This document shows, in pieces, positions 1 through 8,904 of a stretch of DNA of 64,000 nucleotides. The translations under genes were made by a program, and so were the position numbers. Source of the stretch: Candidatus Omnitrophota bacterium (lineage in GTDB: Bacteria > Omnitrophota > Gorgyraeia > JAHIPI01); assembly GCA_016783745.1 (NCBI GenBank), contig JADHVZ010000007.1, positions 259 to 64,258 on the forward strand, read 5' to 3'. Position 1 is the stretch's first letter. Every line of letters starts with the position of its first letter. Under the pieces are notes generated by a model. It was not told the origin of the DNA. It searched no databases and saw only the letters and a list, made by a program, of their open reading frames with translations.

Positions 1-76
1 CAAAACACTGCTATCAAGGTACAAAATCAACCTTTTTTTTCTTTAACAATAGACAAAAAAAACAGCCTATTGCTAC

Positions 77-1492
77 TTAAAATTTTCCTAACAGACCAAC
101 CCTCCCGGACTTAATTATAGCTTGATACCCCTGATCTTTACCCAGAGTATTCAATCTGTGCCGATCGAAGGTTATGATGCCATCCCCCTTTTTTAGCCTT
201 AGATTGCTCGGGTTTTTATATAGATTGATATCACCTTTTATATACGTATGCAAATAGAAGAAAATCGATTGACTATTCTCGTTCTCATGGATATATATGT
301 CATTGATTTTGCCAAGATCTTCTTTTATACCTTTTACTGCCTGTACTCTTGGGCTTATAATGACTTTTTCTGTATATCCTGTAATTGATGTAACCGGAAG
401 TATCATAATGAGCAAAAATAGAGGTAAAACCACCATCCTTTTAAATCTAAGTAATTCTTGCAAGACCTCAATATTGTAAGCGATCAGAAGGCTCAGGGCC
501 GGATATATCGGCATAAGATACCAAAATATTTTCGTTTGGATGAAAGAGATTATTAAAAAGTATAAAGAAATCCAAATAATCAGAAATGTGGCGGGCTTAT
601 CTTTCTTTCTAAACAAAAATAAGGAATAAATAAAGGCTATGGATAGCAAGATCAATAATATCCAATGCATCCCTCTCTCGTGAAGCGCGTTGAAATAATA
701 ATACCAGGGCCCAAAATGCCCTTCGATCGGCTTGGTAAATCTTTCAAAAATATCAAACTGAAATTTTCTGACAAAGAAGTCTCTTCCTCTTATAAAACGC
801 AGTATGATCCACGGCAAAGCCACGGCAAAAAAAGCGCTAACGGCGTATTTTGTTTCTCTTGAAAAGACCGTCTTTTTAAAAGATTTAAAATACAAAAGGT
901 ATAATGCGGTAATCACCGGAACTATAAGTATGAGCCCTTTTACTAAAAACCCGAGAGCCATTGAGGCTGCCGCGCCAATAGGTATTGCCAGGTTCTTCTT
1001 TCGTTGCCCCAGATAAAAAAGATAAAGTGACAGAGTCAGGAAAAAGGTGACCATGACGTCGCAATCACCTGTCCTTGCTCCATGATAACCGGTGAAACCC
1101 TTGGCGGTTAAAAGGATCAGGGCGGCATACAAACCAACATATCTATTTTTTATATCTAACCCAAATAAATAAACAATTGCGATCGTTCCTACGCCGAAAA
1201 GCGCCGGCCACAATCTTAAAGCAAATTCATTCGGGCCAAAGATCTTAAAGGAGATCGCGATAAGCCAGGCAGGAAGCGGCCCTTTCACATTCCACATATC
1301 AGGTTTTCCGCCATATTGGAGAACTACCCATTCGCCGGTCTTTAGTATCTCCAACGCATTTTCCGCTCGCCGCGCTTCATCCCAGTCCCATATCGTCGTC
1401 GCGCCCAGTTTATTAAAAATTATCGCTGAAGAGATTATTAAAACCAGCGCCAATAATACTAAAGTAATGATTTTATTTTTTGAAATAGCCAT
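77..1492 (-). CDS. GT-C fold (ArnT/PMT, GT39/83-like) membrane glycosyltransferase
   Basis: 471 aa polytopic protein; N-terminal WDWDEARR motif, KGPLPAWL and FGPNEFALRL segments typical of the ArnT family. Confidence 0.85.
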   Translation of the reverse strand: MAISKNKIITLVLLALVLIISSAIIFNKLGATTIWDWDEARRAENALEILKTGEWVVLQYGGKPDMWNVKGPLPAWLIAISFKIFGPNEFALRLWPALFGVGTIAIVYLFGLDIKNRYVGLYAALILLTAKGFTGYHGARTGDCDVMVTFFLTLSLYLFYLGQRKKNLAIPIGAAASMALGFLVKGLILIVPVITALYLLYFKSFKKTVFSRETKYAVSAFFAVALPWIILRFIRGRDFFVRKFQFDIFERFTKPIEGHFGPWYYYFNALHERGMHWILLILLSIAFIYSLFLFRKKDKPATFLIIWISLYFLIISFIQTKIFWYLMPIYPALSLLIAYNIEVLQELLRFKRMVVLPLFLLIMILPVTSITGYTEKVIISPRVQAVKGIKEDLGKINDIYIHENENSQSIFFYLHTYIKGDINLYKNPSNLRLKKGDGIITFDRHRLNTLGKDQGYQAIIKSGRVGLLGKF

Positions 1493-1731
1493 ATCTCCAC
1501 TGTTTCGCTTTTAGGTATTACTGTGTTCTTATATCAACTTATTTTAGCACTCCCATCACACACTTTCAATAATAATCAACTCCTGTCCGCTCCATTATAG
1601 AATATGTTTGTAATTTATCATTCTAACAAGTATAATTTGTTGTAGGTCGCAAGCGCGCAGCTAGCACATCCAGGTTATAAAGCGTAACGGGTCTTTAAAT
1701 AATGGTATAATCGCTGTAAAATCTATTCAAT

Positions 1732-3222
1732 ATGACACCCTCATCTAACTTAATTGCCAGGCACGCAGGTACGGTTTCCCATCTACTTCTCCCGATTTTA
1801 TTTATAATCATAATTGTTATGACGGTCCCATTTAATGATGTCCTCGAATACGATTGGGATGAAGGCGGCAATCTGATGAAGGCGTCACTTTACTCGAAGG
1901 GTTATTCGCTTTATGAAGAAATATGGAGCGATCAGCCTCCTCTGCTAACACTAATCTTATCGACTTGGTTCAATCTATTTGGGCCATCAGCATATAAGGG
2001 GCGCCTCTTAATCTTGATCCTATCGGCAATCCTTCTATGGGCCTTTCACCAGACTATTAAGAACCGATGGGGCAACCTCTGCGCCTTCATGGCAGTGTTA
2101 TTCCTGGTTTCTTCCGCTATGTATCTTCAGCTAAGTGTCTCGGTTATGATCGGGCTTCCCGCTCTCGCCTTTGCCATGCTTTCAATTTACTGCGTATCCG
2201 TTTACGGTAAATCACAATCAAACCGCGTATTATTTTTATCCGGTATCTTTATGGCCCTGTCTTTACAGACTAAATTTTTTACCATATTTCTCGTTCCGTT
2301 GATCGCGTTAGAGATCATTCGCATAAAATGGTCCGGCCTAAAAAGTGAGGGACAAAAAAAACATTTGGTATTTCCGGTTCTTGCGTGGCTTGGTATTGTT
2401 TTACTTGCATATTTTTGCATAGCTTTAGCATTTTTAAAGAATTTCGATCATCTGACTCAAGAATTGATCCAGCCTCATACCGCAGCAAAGACATTATTTG
2501 GAAAATTCAACGCTCTACCCGGAATGATATCTCAGGATTATGATATTGCTATCTTCGCTTTGATCGGCGCGGTATTGTTTGTCGCCCAGAAGAAATGGCA
2601 CGCCGTCTTTCCGTTTTTATGGGTAATTTCGGCTTCCGCCATATTACTTACACATAATCCTGTCTGGAATCATCATTATCTTCTTATCTCGATTCCCATG
2701 GCCTGGCTTGCCGGAATCAGTTTTGGCGAGTTATTTCGTATCGGCGTTCAACAGGGCTGGTCTTTGAAACATAAAATACGAGATATAATATATATGATCT
2801 ACCGCTTGTCAGCTATAGCTGTTATGATAGTTCCTATAGCAATATTGCCCGGCAAATTCAAAAAAGCGCATAAAGACCTTACAAATAAGCCGTCTATTCG
2901 GAATAACCAGGTTATCGAGTTACTATTGAAATATAAACAGGACACTCGCTGGGTGGTCACTGACAGTCAATTATTACCATTTCATGCCGGATTATTAGTG
3001 CCGCCGGAATTGGTTTCGACCACCTTAAAAAGGAAATTAACGGGGGATCTGACGCCGGGTTATTTTTTAGAAGTGCTGAAAAAGTATAAACCCGAACAGG
3101 TCCTTCTAAGAAGATACGGATACTATGACCGGAAAATTATGCCTTATATTGAAAAAAATTATTTTAAAGTTCATCATCATAAAGACACGAGACTCTACAT
3201 CCGGAAGGATATCAAAAAATAG
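1732..3222 (+). CDS. GT-C fold membrane glycosyltransferase (ArnT-like)
   Basis: 496 aa; YDWDEG and WSDQPPL motifs, many TM segments, soluble C-terminal domain. Confidence 0.8.
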   Translation: MTPSSNLIARHAGTVSHLLLPILFIIIIVMTVPFNDVLEYDWDEGGNLMKASLYSKGYSLYEEIWSDQPPLLTLILSTWFNLFGPSAYKGRLLILILSAILLWAFHQTIKNRWGNLCAFMAVLFLVSSAMYLQLSVSVMIGLPALAFAMLSIYCVSVYGKSQSNRVLFLSGIFMALSLQTKFFTIFLVPLIALEIIRIKWSGLKSEGQKKHLVFPVLAWLGIVLLAYFCIALAFLKNFDHLTQELIQPHTAAKTLFGKFNALPGMISQDYDIAIFALIGAVLFVAQKKWHAVFPFLWVISASAILLTHNPVWNHHYLLISIPMAWLAGISFGELFRIGVQQGWSLKHKIRDIIYMIYRLSAIAVMIVPIAILPGKFKKAHKDLTNKPSIRNNQVIELLLKYKQDTRWVVTDSQLLPFHAGLLVPPELVSTTLKRKLTGDLTPGYFLEVLKKYKPEQVLLRRYGYYDRKIMPYIEKNYFKVHHHKDTRLYIRKDIKK

Positions 3223-3228
3223 GGACAA

Positions 3229-3332
3229 TGGACTTCCCCCAATAAAATGGATAGTTAATTAAACATTCTTTGTTTTTCAAATTCCTCAGGGCTTAAGTAC
3301 CCTAAGGACGAGTGAAGTCTTTTTCTGTTATA
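3229..3332 (-). mobile_element. IS3-family remnant: orfB C-terminus plus right terminal end
   Basis: Minus strand 3332-3255 translates to YNRKRLHSSLGYLSPEEFEKQRMFN*; followed by an end reading TGGACTTCCCCC on the + strand (TG terminus typical of IS3). Confidence 0.85.
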
Positions 3333-3333
3333 A

Positions 3334-4591
3334 CAGGACTTTGTTAATTTTTCAGTTTTTTCTTAAACCGTTCTGATTTGATTTTATATAGCGAAGCAGC
3401 GATGTCCTTGTTCTTTGAAAGTAAAAACGCGGAATCAATGATAATGAGCGCCGAAACAGCCTGTTTGCATTGGCCGATTGTTTGAGGCGTTTCTTCCAGA
3501 ACCTTAGAGAGGTAACCGTTCTGCTTAATCAAGTAAGCAAGCGTCCATGTCAGGAATGACATAATCCAGTGTCTTTGGATTTGCTCCTGATGGCGAACCT
3601 GATATTGATCAAAACAGAAGGTATCTTTTAGCTCTCTAAAGGATTCTTCAATGCCCCAACGCAAGAGGTAAGTCATTATAACTGATCTGACAGACATTTT
3701 AAGATCGGTGGTTATGAGCACATGAACGGATTTATCGTCACTATCCGACCATTTGTTAAAGACAAAGATGACTTTAACAGGTGTTTTACAACCTTTGAGC
3801 TTGGAGTTAAAAGAATAAGTGAAAACGCTTTTGTCTTCACCTGTATTTTGAGGTATGCGGACAGCCTTTAATTTATGGGGATAAAATTGTCTAATCAAAG
3901 GTATGATTTCGTCGCAGCAGAGATATCTCCACTGCCTGGTCTGGGGATGGGTAAAGAAGACCGAACGGTTAATCTTAACTTCAGCCACCAAGGATATGTT
4001 CTTGGAGGAGACAAATTCTATTAAGTCTGTAGAGGTGTACCAGCTGTCAACGACTACAGAAGAGAAGGTAATATCTTTCTTTATGGCCTCATCGATAAGT
4101 TCTTTGGCAAGATCGAGTTTGCTTTTAAATTGTTTCGCTTCACAGGTATCAAGGGGCAGGTAAGGTGCTGAGCTTACAGGAAAGTGCTTGGTGTCTGAGA
4201 CGAAACAGCTGGCAACAGCAACATTACAATTTTCCTCTCTGCCTAAAGGAGCGCAGTATTGGAATTTGGCCCCTTCTGTATTTTTGGCATAAGGTTTTGG
4301 ACAGGCTGTATCGTCTATAGCGAGGACACCTTTGCTGCTGGATTTACTAGTTCTTTGCTTCTCTATGAGTTTTAAACGAATATCGTTTAGTTCATCGCAA
4401 TTCCAATTGGACTCCGAGAAGAAATATTGTAATTTTTGATAGGTGAGAGAGGTATTATTCGCGATAGCAGCCAGTGACATCCTTTTGTAATCTGCGAACA
4501 GCGCATAGATAAGCTCTCTGAATACCGACAATTGTGTCTTTGAAAAAACATGGTTGAAATGCACACTCTTCGCGCAATCGTCCGTTTTCAC
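3334..4591 (-). mobile_element. IS701-family DDE transposase, left end missing
   Basis: 415 aa ORF (3344..4591) with LAIDDT, VVVDSWY and RWGIEESFRELK motifs; right end CAGGACTTTG at 3334; first codons are borrowed from IS3 orfA sequence. Confidence 0.85.
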
Positions 4592-4695
4592 GCTTTAACG
4601 CTGCTATATCATCGTTCTTTCGACCACTTCCAGGGAATACAGTTTCGCCTTGCTCTTTGACCATATTTCTCCAAGTATGTAGGTCGTTTTCTTCG
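4557..4695 (-). pseudogene. IS3-family orfA fragment
   Basis: Translates to ENDLHTWRNMVKEQGETVFPGSGRKNDDIAALKRENGRLREECAF (HTH end plus leucine zipper). Confidence 0.75.
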
Positions 4696-4702
4696 TAATT
4701 AG

Positions 4703-4759
4703 TAATTAGGGACGGAGCCTAATTAGGGACGGAGCCTAATTAGGCTCCGTCCCTAATTA
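4703..4759. repeat. REP-like palindrome: two TAATTAGGGACGGAGCC units plus an inverted copy
   Basis: Directly visible; the same palindrome recurs at 24151-24189. Confidence 0.9.
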
Positions 4760-4763
4760 AAAG

Positions 4764-4840
4764 TGGCGCGCCCGGGCCGATTCGAACGGCCAACCTGCTG
4801 ATTCGTAGTCAGTCACTCTATCCAATTGAGCTACGGGCGC
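4764..4840 (-). tRNA. tRNA-Arg(ACG)
   Basis: GCGCCCGTAGCTCAATTGGATAGAG...CT-ACG-AA...GTTCGAATC...GGGCGCG-CCA; 77 nt with encoded CCA. Confidence 0.97.
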
Positions 4841-5096
4841 AGATTATTCACTACGCTCGCCCTAGTGCCCCGAGGGGTACGGGCGCAGATTATTCACTAC
4901 GCTCGCCCTAGTGCCCCGAGGGGTACGGGCGCAGATTATTCACTACGCTCGCCCTAGTGCCCCGAGGGGTACGGGCGCTTTTTCTTCTCTGAAACTCCCA
5001 GTGCCCCGAGGGGTACGGGCGCAGATTATTCACTACGCTCGCCCTAGTCTCTCCGAAGCTGAACGCGTAAGCAATTCAGCGAAGGAGGACGGGCGC
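4832..5096. repeat. 46-bp tandem array upstream of tRNA-Arg containing the tRNA 5' end
   Basis: TACGGGCGCAGATTATTCACTACGCTCGCCCTAGTGCCCCGAGGGG at 4832, 4878 and 4924; variant unit at 4970; unit at 5014 has a different internal hairpin and ends in ACGGGCGC near 5096. Confidence 0.95.
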
Positions 5097-5098
5097 GG

Positions 5099-5177
5099 AT
5101 TTGAATTCTTCCGGTATCAGGCCGCTTAATGAGCCGTGCGGCCTGAATGTATTATATTCCTTTCTCCAGTCTTCAAT
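5099..5177 (-). pseudogene. Second IS3-family orfB C-terminal remnant
   Basis: Translates to IEDWRKEYNTFRPHGSLSGLIPEEFK. Confidence 0.75.
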
Positions 5178-5229
5178 TGAGGTTTACTACATATTTTTTT
5201 AAGGATTGCTCATGATATTAGTGTTAATA

Positions 5230-5258
5230 ATTATACCTGCTAATTATCAATTAATCAA
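5230..5258 (-). promoter_or_regulatory. Sigma70-type promoter facing the repeat array and tRNA-Arg
   Basis: TTGATT-17 bp-TATAAT on the minus strand. Confidence 0.55.
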
Positions 5259-5360
5259 GTTTAATGAAGTCGCTGATTTCTATTGAACAAAAAGTCCTTA
5301 AGTGGTAAAGTATTTATACTCATAAAATGTAAAAATCCACAAACAAGAAAGGAGTTTGTT

Positions 5361-6101
5361 GTGAAAAAAAGATATGTTATCATATCGATCGTCCTGGCTG
5401 TGAGCCTTTATTGCCTTATGCCTTCCCATGCCACCATCAATACGGAGTTACAGCCCTATATAGACTCTGTGGATCAGGTGCAGAAAGGCATGACTCTGTG
5501 GCAGCTGATCAAAACCGGCGGTTTTATAATGGTCGTACTGGGAGGCATGTCGATAGCCGCTATAGCGAGTATAATATTCAACTTTATGACATTGCAGAAA
5601 ACTAAACTTGCGCCGGATGATTTTACCGAGGATATCATGCAAAAGCTTTCCGGGAAAAAGCATAAAATAGCCGAAGAATTATGCAGATCACAAAACAATA
5701 TCATATCAAAGATCGTTCTTGCGGGCTTGAGCAAAAAGATAAAGGGCGCCGTGGTGGCGCGCGAGGCCGCTGAAACCTGCGCCAGGAAAGAAGTCGCCAA
5801 TCTCTGGCAAAACATCAGCTATCTCTCGGATATAGCGATGGTCTCCCCTATGATCGGACTGCTGGGGACAGTGCTCGGCATGATACAGGCATTCAACGTT
5901 ATCGCGTTTCAGACGGCCGTAGTCAAGCCCATGCTGCTGGCGGGCGGCGTATCCAAGGCTATGGTTACAACAGCCGGAGGCCTCATAGTCGCGATACCCG
6001 CTATGATCTTTTACTCCTATTTCAGAGGCAAGGTCCAGGAAATATCAAATGTGGTGGAGAGCCATTCTTCTGATATTCTAAAAATGATGGAAGAGGTGTG
6101 A
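5361..6101 (+). CDS. exbB: MotA/TolQ/ExbB proton channel protein
   Basis: SPMIGLLGTVLGMIQAF and GGVSKAMVTTAGGLIVAIP motifs; GTG at 5361 follows AAGGAG. Confidence 0.9.
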   Translation: MKKRYVIISIVLAVSLYCLMPSHATINTELQPYIDSVDQVQKGMTLWQLIKTGGFIMVVLGGMSIAAIASIIFNFMTLQKTKLAPDDFTEDIMQKLSGKKHKIAEELCRSQNNIISKIVLAGLSKKIKGAVVAREAAETCARKEVANLWQNISYLSDIAMVSPMIGLLGTVLGMIQAFNVIAFQTAVVKPMLLAGGVSKAMVTTAGGLIVAIPAMIFYSYFRGKVQEISNVVESHSSDILKMMEEV

Positions 6102-6102
6102 T

Positions 6103-6525
6103 ATGGCCGTTAATCTTAATATATCGGATTATCAAAAGCAGAAGCCCGCTGTCCAGATAGCCCCTCTTATAGATGTTGTATTCCTGACTTTGATATTCTT
6201 TATGGTGCTTTCGATATTCAATCAGCTGGAATCGGAAATAAGCATAAGTGTCCCTAAAGCGAAAGAATCGAAAGAGACCGTAAGGAGCCCGGGCGAAGTC
6301 ATCATAAACATCAAGAAAGACGGGACTGTCATCATCAATCAAAAAACTCTCTCGTTCGAGGGCTTAGACGAAATGCTTAAGAGGGTATCGACGCTTTTTC
6401 CTGACCAGCCGGTCATAATTCGCGCCGATGAAGAAACTTACCATAAATATGTGGTGAAAGTGCTTGATGCCTGCGCGAGAGCCAACATCTGGAACGTCTC
6501 TTTTGCGACGCTTAAAGAAGAATAG
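6103..6525 (+). CDS. exbD: ExbD/TolR biopolymer transport protein
   Basis: APLIDVVFLTLIFFMV TM helix with conserved Asp; VIIRADEE motif. Confidence 0.92.
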   Translation: MAVNLNISDYQKQKPAVQIAPLIDVVFLTLIFFMVLSIFNQLESEISISVPKAKESKETVRSPGEVIINIKKDGTVIINQKTLSFEGLDEMLKRVSTLFPDQPVIIRADEETYHKYVVKVLDACARANIWNVSFATLKEE

Positions 6526-6537
6526 CGGTTACGGGAT

Positions 6538-8904
6538 ATGATTAAAGGAAAATTATTCGTAATAGTTCTGATTCTAATAGGCAGTATTCGGTTTTGTCTT
6601 GCCCAGTATGCCGCGCCCGAGACAGCTGCCCTTGAGCAGTTTGATTTCGCGACGGGGTTGTTCGAGCGCGGCATGTATAAAATGGCGGGCGATGAATATA
6701 AAAAGTTCATCGACGCCTTTGCCCAAAGCGAACATTTAAAAGACGCTTATTTCGGATTTGCTGAAAGTCTATATTTTCAGAAAAGCTATGATGAAGCATT
6801 GTACGAATACAACAAATACCTGGAACGTTTCTCTACGGCGGATAACCAGATGCTTGTCGTAAAGCTCAGGATCGGCGAGGTGTTTTTCTTTACAGAAAGG
6901 TTCGATGACGCCATAGCGCAGCTTGAATCACTTGAAAGGGAGGATTTCAGAAAAGACCAGATGCAAACTCTGTATTATTATCTGGCAAAGGCGTATAGAA
7001 GGAAAGGTGACGATGAAAAAGCCAGGCCTTATTTTAACAAAGCTGCGGAAATTATCGGCGATAACGAATACGCCTTTAATTCTCTCATCGAGCTCGGAGA
7101 TCTATATGCGGGAATGTCGGAATACGATAAAGCGTTAGAACAATACAGTAACGCCCACGAAAAATCAGACTCAGAAAAAACTAAAAGCTTTTCGCTTTAC
7201 AAGATAGCGGAGACGCAGTTCCTTGCCGGAGACTACCCTGCGTCCATAAACAGCTTTAAGCGGGTGTTATCGGACTATCCTGAAAATGAAATATACTCCG
7301 AGGCACTGAGCAACCTGCTTCTTTCGTTATTTAACACGGAAAAATACGAAGAGCTGATAAAGGAGTATGCCGACCGGCGGCATCTTATCAAAAATGAGGA
7401 TAAATTTTTCAATGTTCATTTTACCGCGTATTCCGCGTATACGGAGATCGGGGATCATGAAAAAGCGCTGTCCGGGCTCGATGGCCTTCTCTCATCCGGA
7501 TGGGTCAGTCAGAAAAATAAAGACAGGGCCGCTTTAAAGAAAAGTGAGATCTTTTTGTCGGCAAAACGCTTCGATGAGGCTATTAAGGAAATCGACGCTC
7601 ACCTCTCAAGTGAAGATGATTATGCCGATAATATCATATTCATCAAGGGAGAGGCGCTTTATGGCGCGGGTGATTTTGAGGGAGCTGCAGCGCAGTTCAA
7701 TAAACTCATAGATGAACACCCCGGCTCCCCATTTGCCATAGATGCCATCTATAGCCTGGCATATGTCCAGAAAAATATGGAACAAAACAAGAGCGCCAGA
7801 GACTCCTTTATGAAATATTACGAAAGATCCAAAGATGGGACAAAGAGCCAGGCGGCGTTGTACAACGCGATCTTGCTTGACTTAAAAGATGAAGAGCTTG
7901 GAAAAGCTGTCAAGGACTGTAAGCTGTATCTATCTACATTCGAGCATGGTAAATACAGAGAAAAGATATTATTCACTCTCGGCTCGGTCTATTCACAGAT
8001 AAAAGATTACGGTAACGCTATCCATATGTATAAAGAGTTCATAGAGGTGTATAAAGGCGGCCCCAAATTGCAGGACGCCTATTTTCGAATTGCTTACGGC
8101 CTTCAGATGTCCGATAAATATGATGAAGCGGTAGAGCATTACGATAAGCTGGAAAAGGATATGAATATAGGTGGGCTTTATTACGCCGCTTTAAAAAACA
8201 AAGTACTGATATATTTTGCTAAAGAAAATAAAAGTAAAGCCGCGGAGGTCTATGATCATATTATAAGCGACTTCCCCGGAAATGACTTAGGCATAGAAGG
8301 GCATTTCTGGCTCGCTAAATACTATTTAGAATGCAGTCGCTTTAAGGATGCTATACGCATATTAGAAAAAACCGGGGCCAGGCCTGACGCCAAAGGCAAC
8401 GAAAAGCAAATAGCGTATTTTAAAGCAGAGGCCTATAAAGAGACAGAAGATTTCAGTAAAGCAATAGAAAATTACGACATAGTCTTCTCTTACGGCGATC
8501 AAGGCGATGTCTATTCAGGCGCTTCACGCATAGGCAAAGGGTTGTGCCTTATAGAGACCGGAGAATATGATAAGGCCAAAGAAGAATTTGATAAAGCAAT
8601 ACTTGAAAATCCGGATGACGATACGATCGTTATGCGGGCTAAATTCGAGATAGCCGGCATTGAACAACTTAAAGGGAATATGGAACAAGCGTATAAGCTT
8701 TATATGATGGTCGCCATACTCTATGATAATGATGAATACAGCCCCAGGTCGCTTTTGAAAGCAGCCGACATATTTCAGGATCTTAAAAAGTTCGCAGAAG
8801 CCAAAAAGGCATACCGGGAGATCATAGACAAATACGGAGAGACCGAGTTCGCCCGCGACGCAAGAAATAGACTACAAGGCATAAGATGGAAATTAAACGA
8901 TTAG
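6538..8904 (+). CDS. Exported tetratricopeptide-repeat protein (CpoB/BamD-like repeats)
   Basis: Signal peptide followed by TPR repeats over about 760 aa. Confidence 0.85.
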   Translation: MIKGKLFVIVLILIGSIRFCLAQYAAPETAALEQFDFATGLFERGMYKMAGDEYKKFIDAFAQSEHLKDAYFGFAESLYFQKSYDEALYEYNKYLERFSTADNQMLVVKLRIGEVFFFTERFDDAIAQLESLEREDFRKDQMQTLYYYLAKAYRRKGDDEKARPYFNKAAEIIGDNEYAFNSLIELGDLYAGMSEYDKALEQYSNAHEKSDSEKTKSFSLYKIAETQFLAGDYPASINSFKRVLSDYPENEIYSEALSNLLLSLFNTEKYEELIKEYADRRHLIKNEDKFFNVHFTAYSAYTEIGDHEKALSGLDGLLSSGWVSQKNKDRAALKKSEIFLSAKRFDEAIKEIDAHLSSEDDYADNIIFIKGEALYGAGDFEGAAAQFNKLIDEHPGSPFAIDAIYSLAYVQKNMEQNKSARDSFMKYYERSKDGTKSQAALYNAILLDLKDEELGKAVKDCKLYLSTFEHGKYREKILFTLGSVYSQIKDYGNAIHMYKEFIEVYKGGPKLQDAYFRIAYGLQMSDKYDEAVEHYDKLEKDMNIGGLYYAALKNKVLIYFAKENKSKAAEVYDHIISDFPGNDLGIEGHFWLAKYYLECSRFKDAIRILEKTGARPDAKGNEKQIAYFKAEAYKETEDFSKAIENYDIVFSYGDQGDVYSGASRIGKGLCLIETGEYDKAKEEFDKAILENPDDDTIVMRAKFEIAGIEQLKGNMEQAYKLYMMVAILYDNDEYSPRSLLKAADIFQDLKKFAEAKKAYREIIDKYGETEFARDARNRLQGIRWKLND

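Noticed and set aside
4557-4664. Programmed -1 frameshift from IS3 orfA into the IS701 ORF
   Set aside because: The offset is +1, there is no slippery site at the join, and the two parts belong to different IS families.
4832-5050. CRISPR array (23-bp constant part with 21-23-bp intervening segments)
   Set aside because: The intervening segments are mostly identical and short, no cas genes are present, and the unit overlaps the tRNA 5' end.
4911-5129. 72-aa ORF
   Set aside because: It is a translation of the tandem repeat and the IS remnant.
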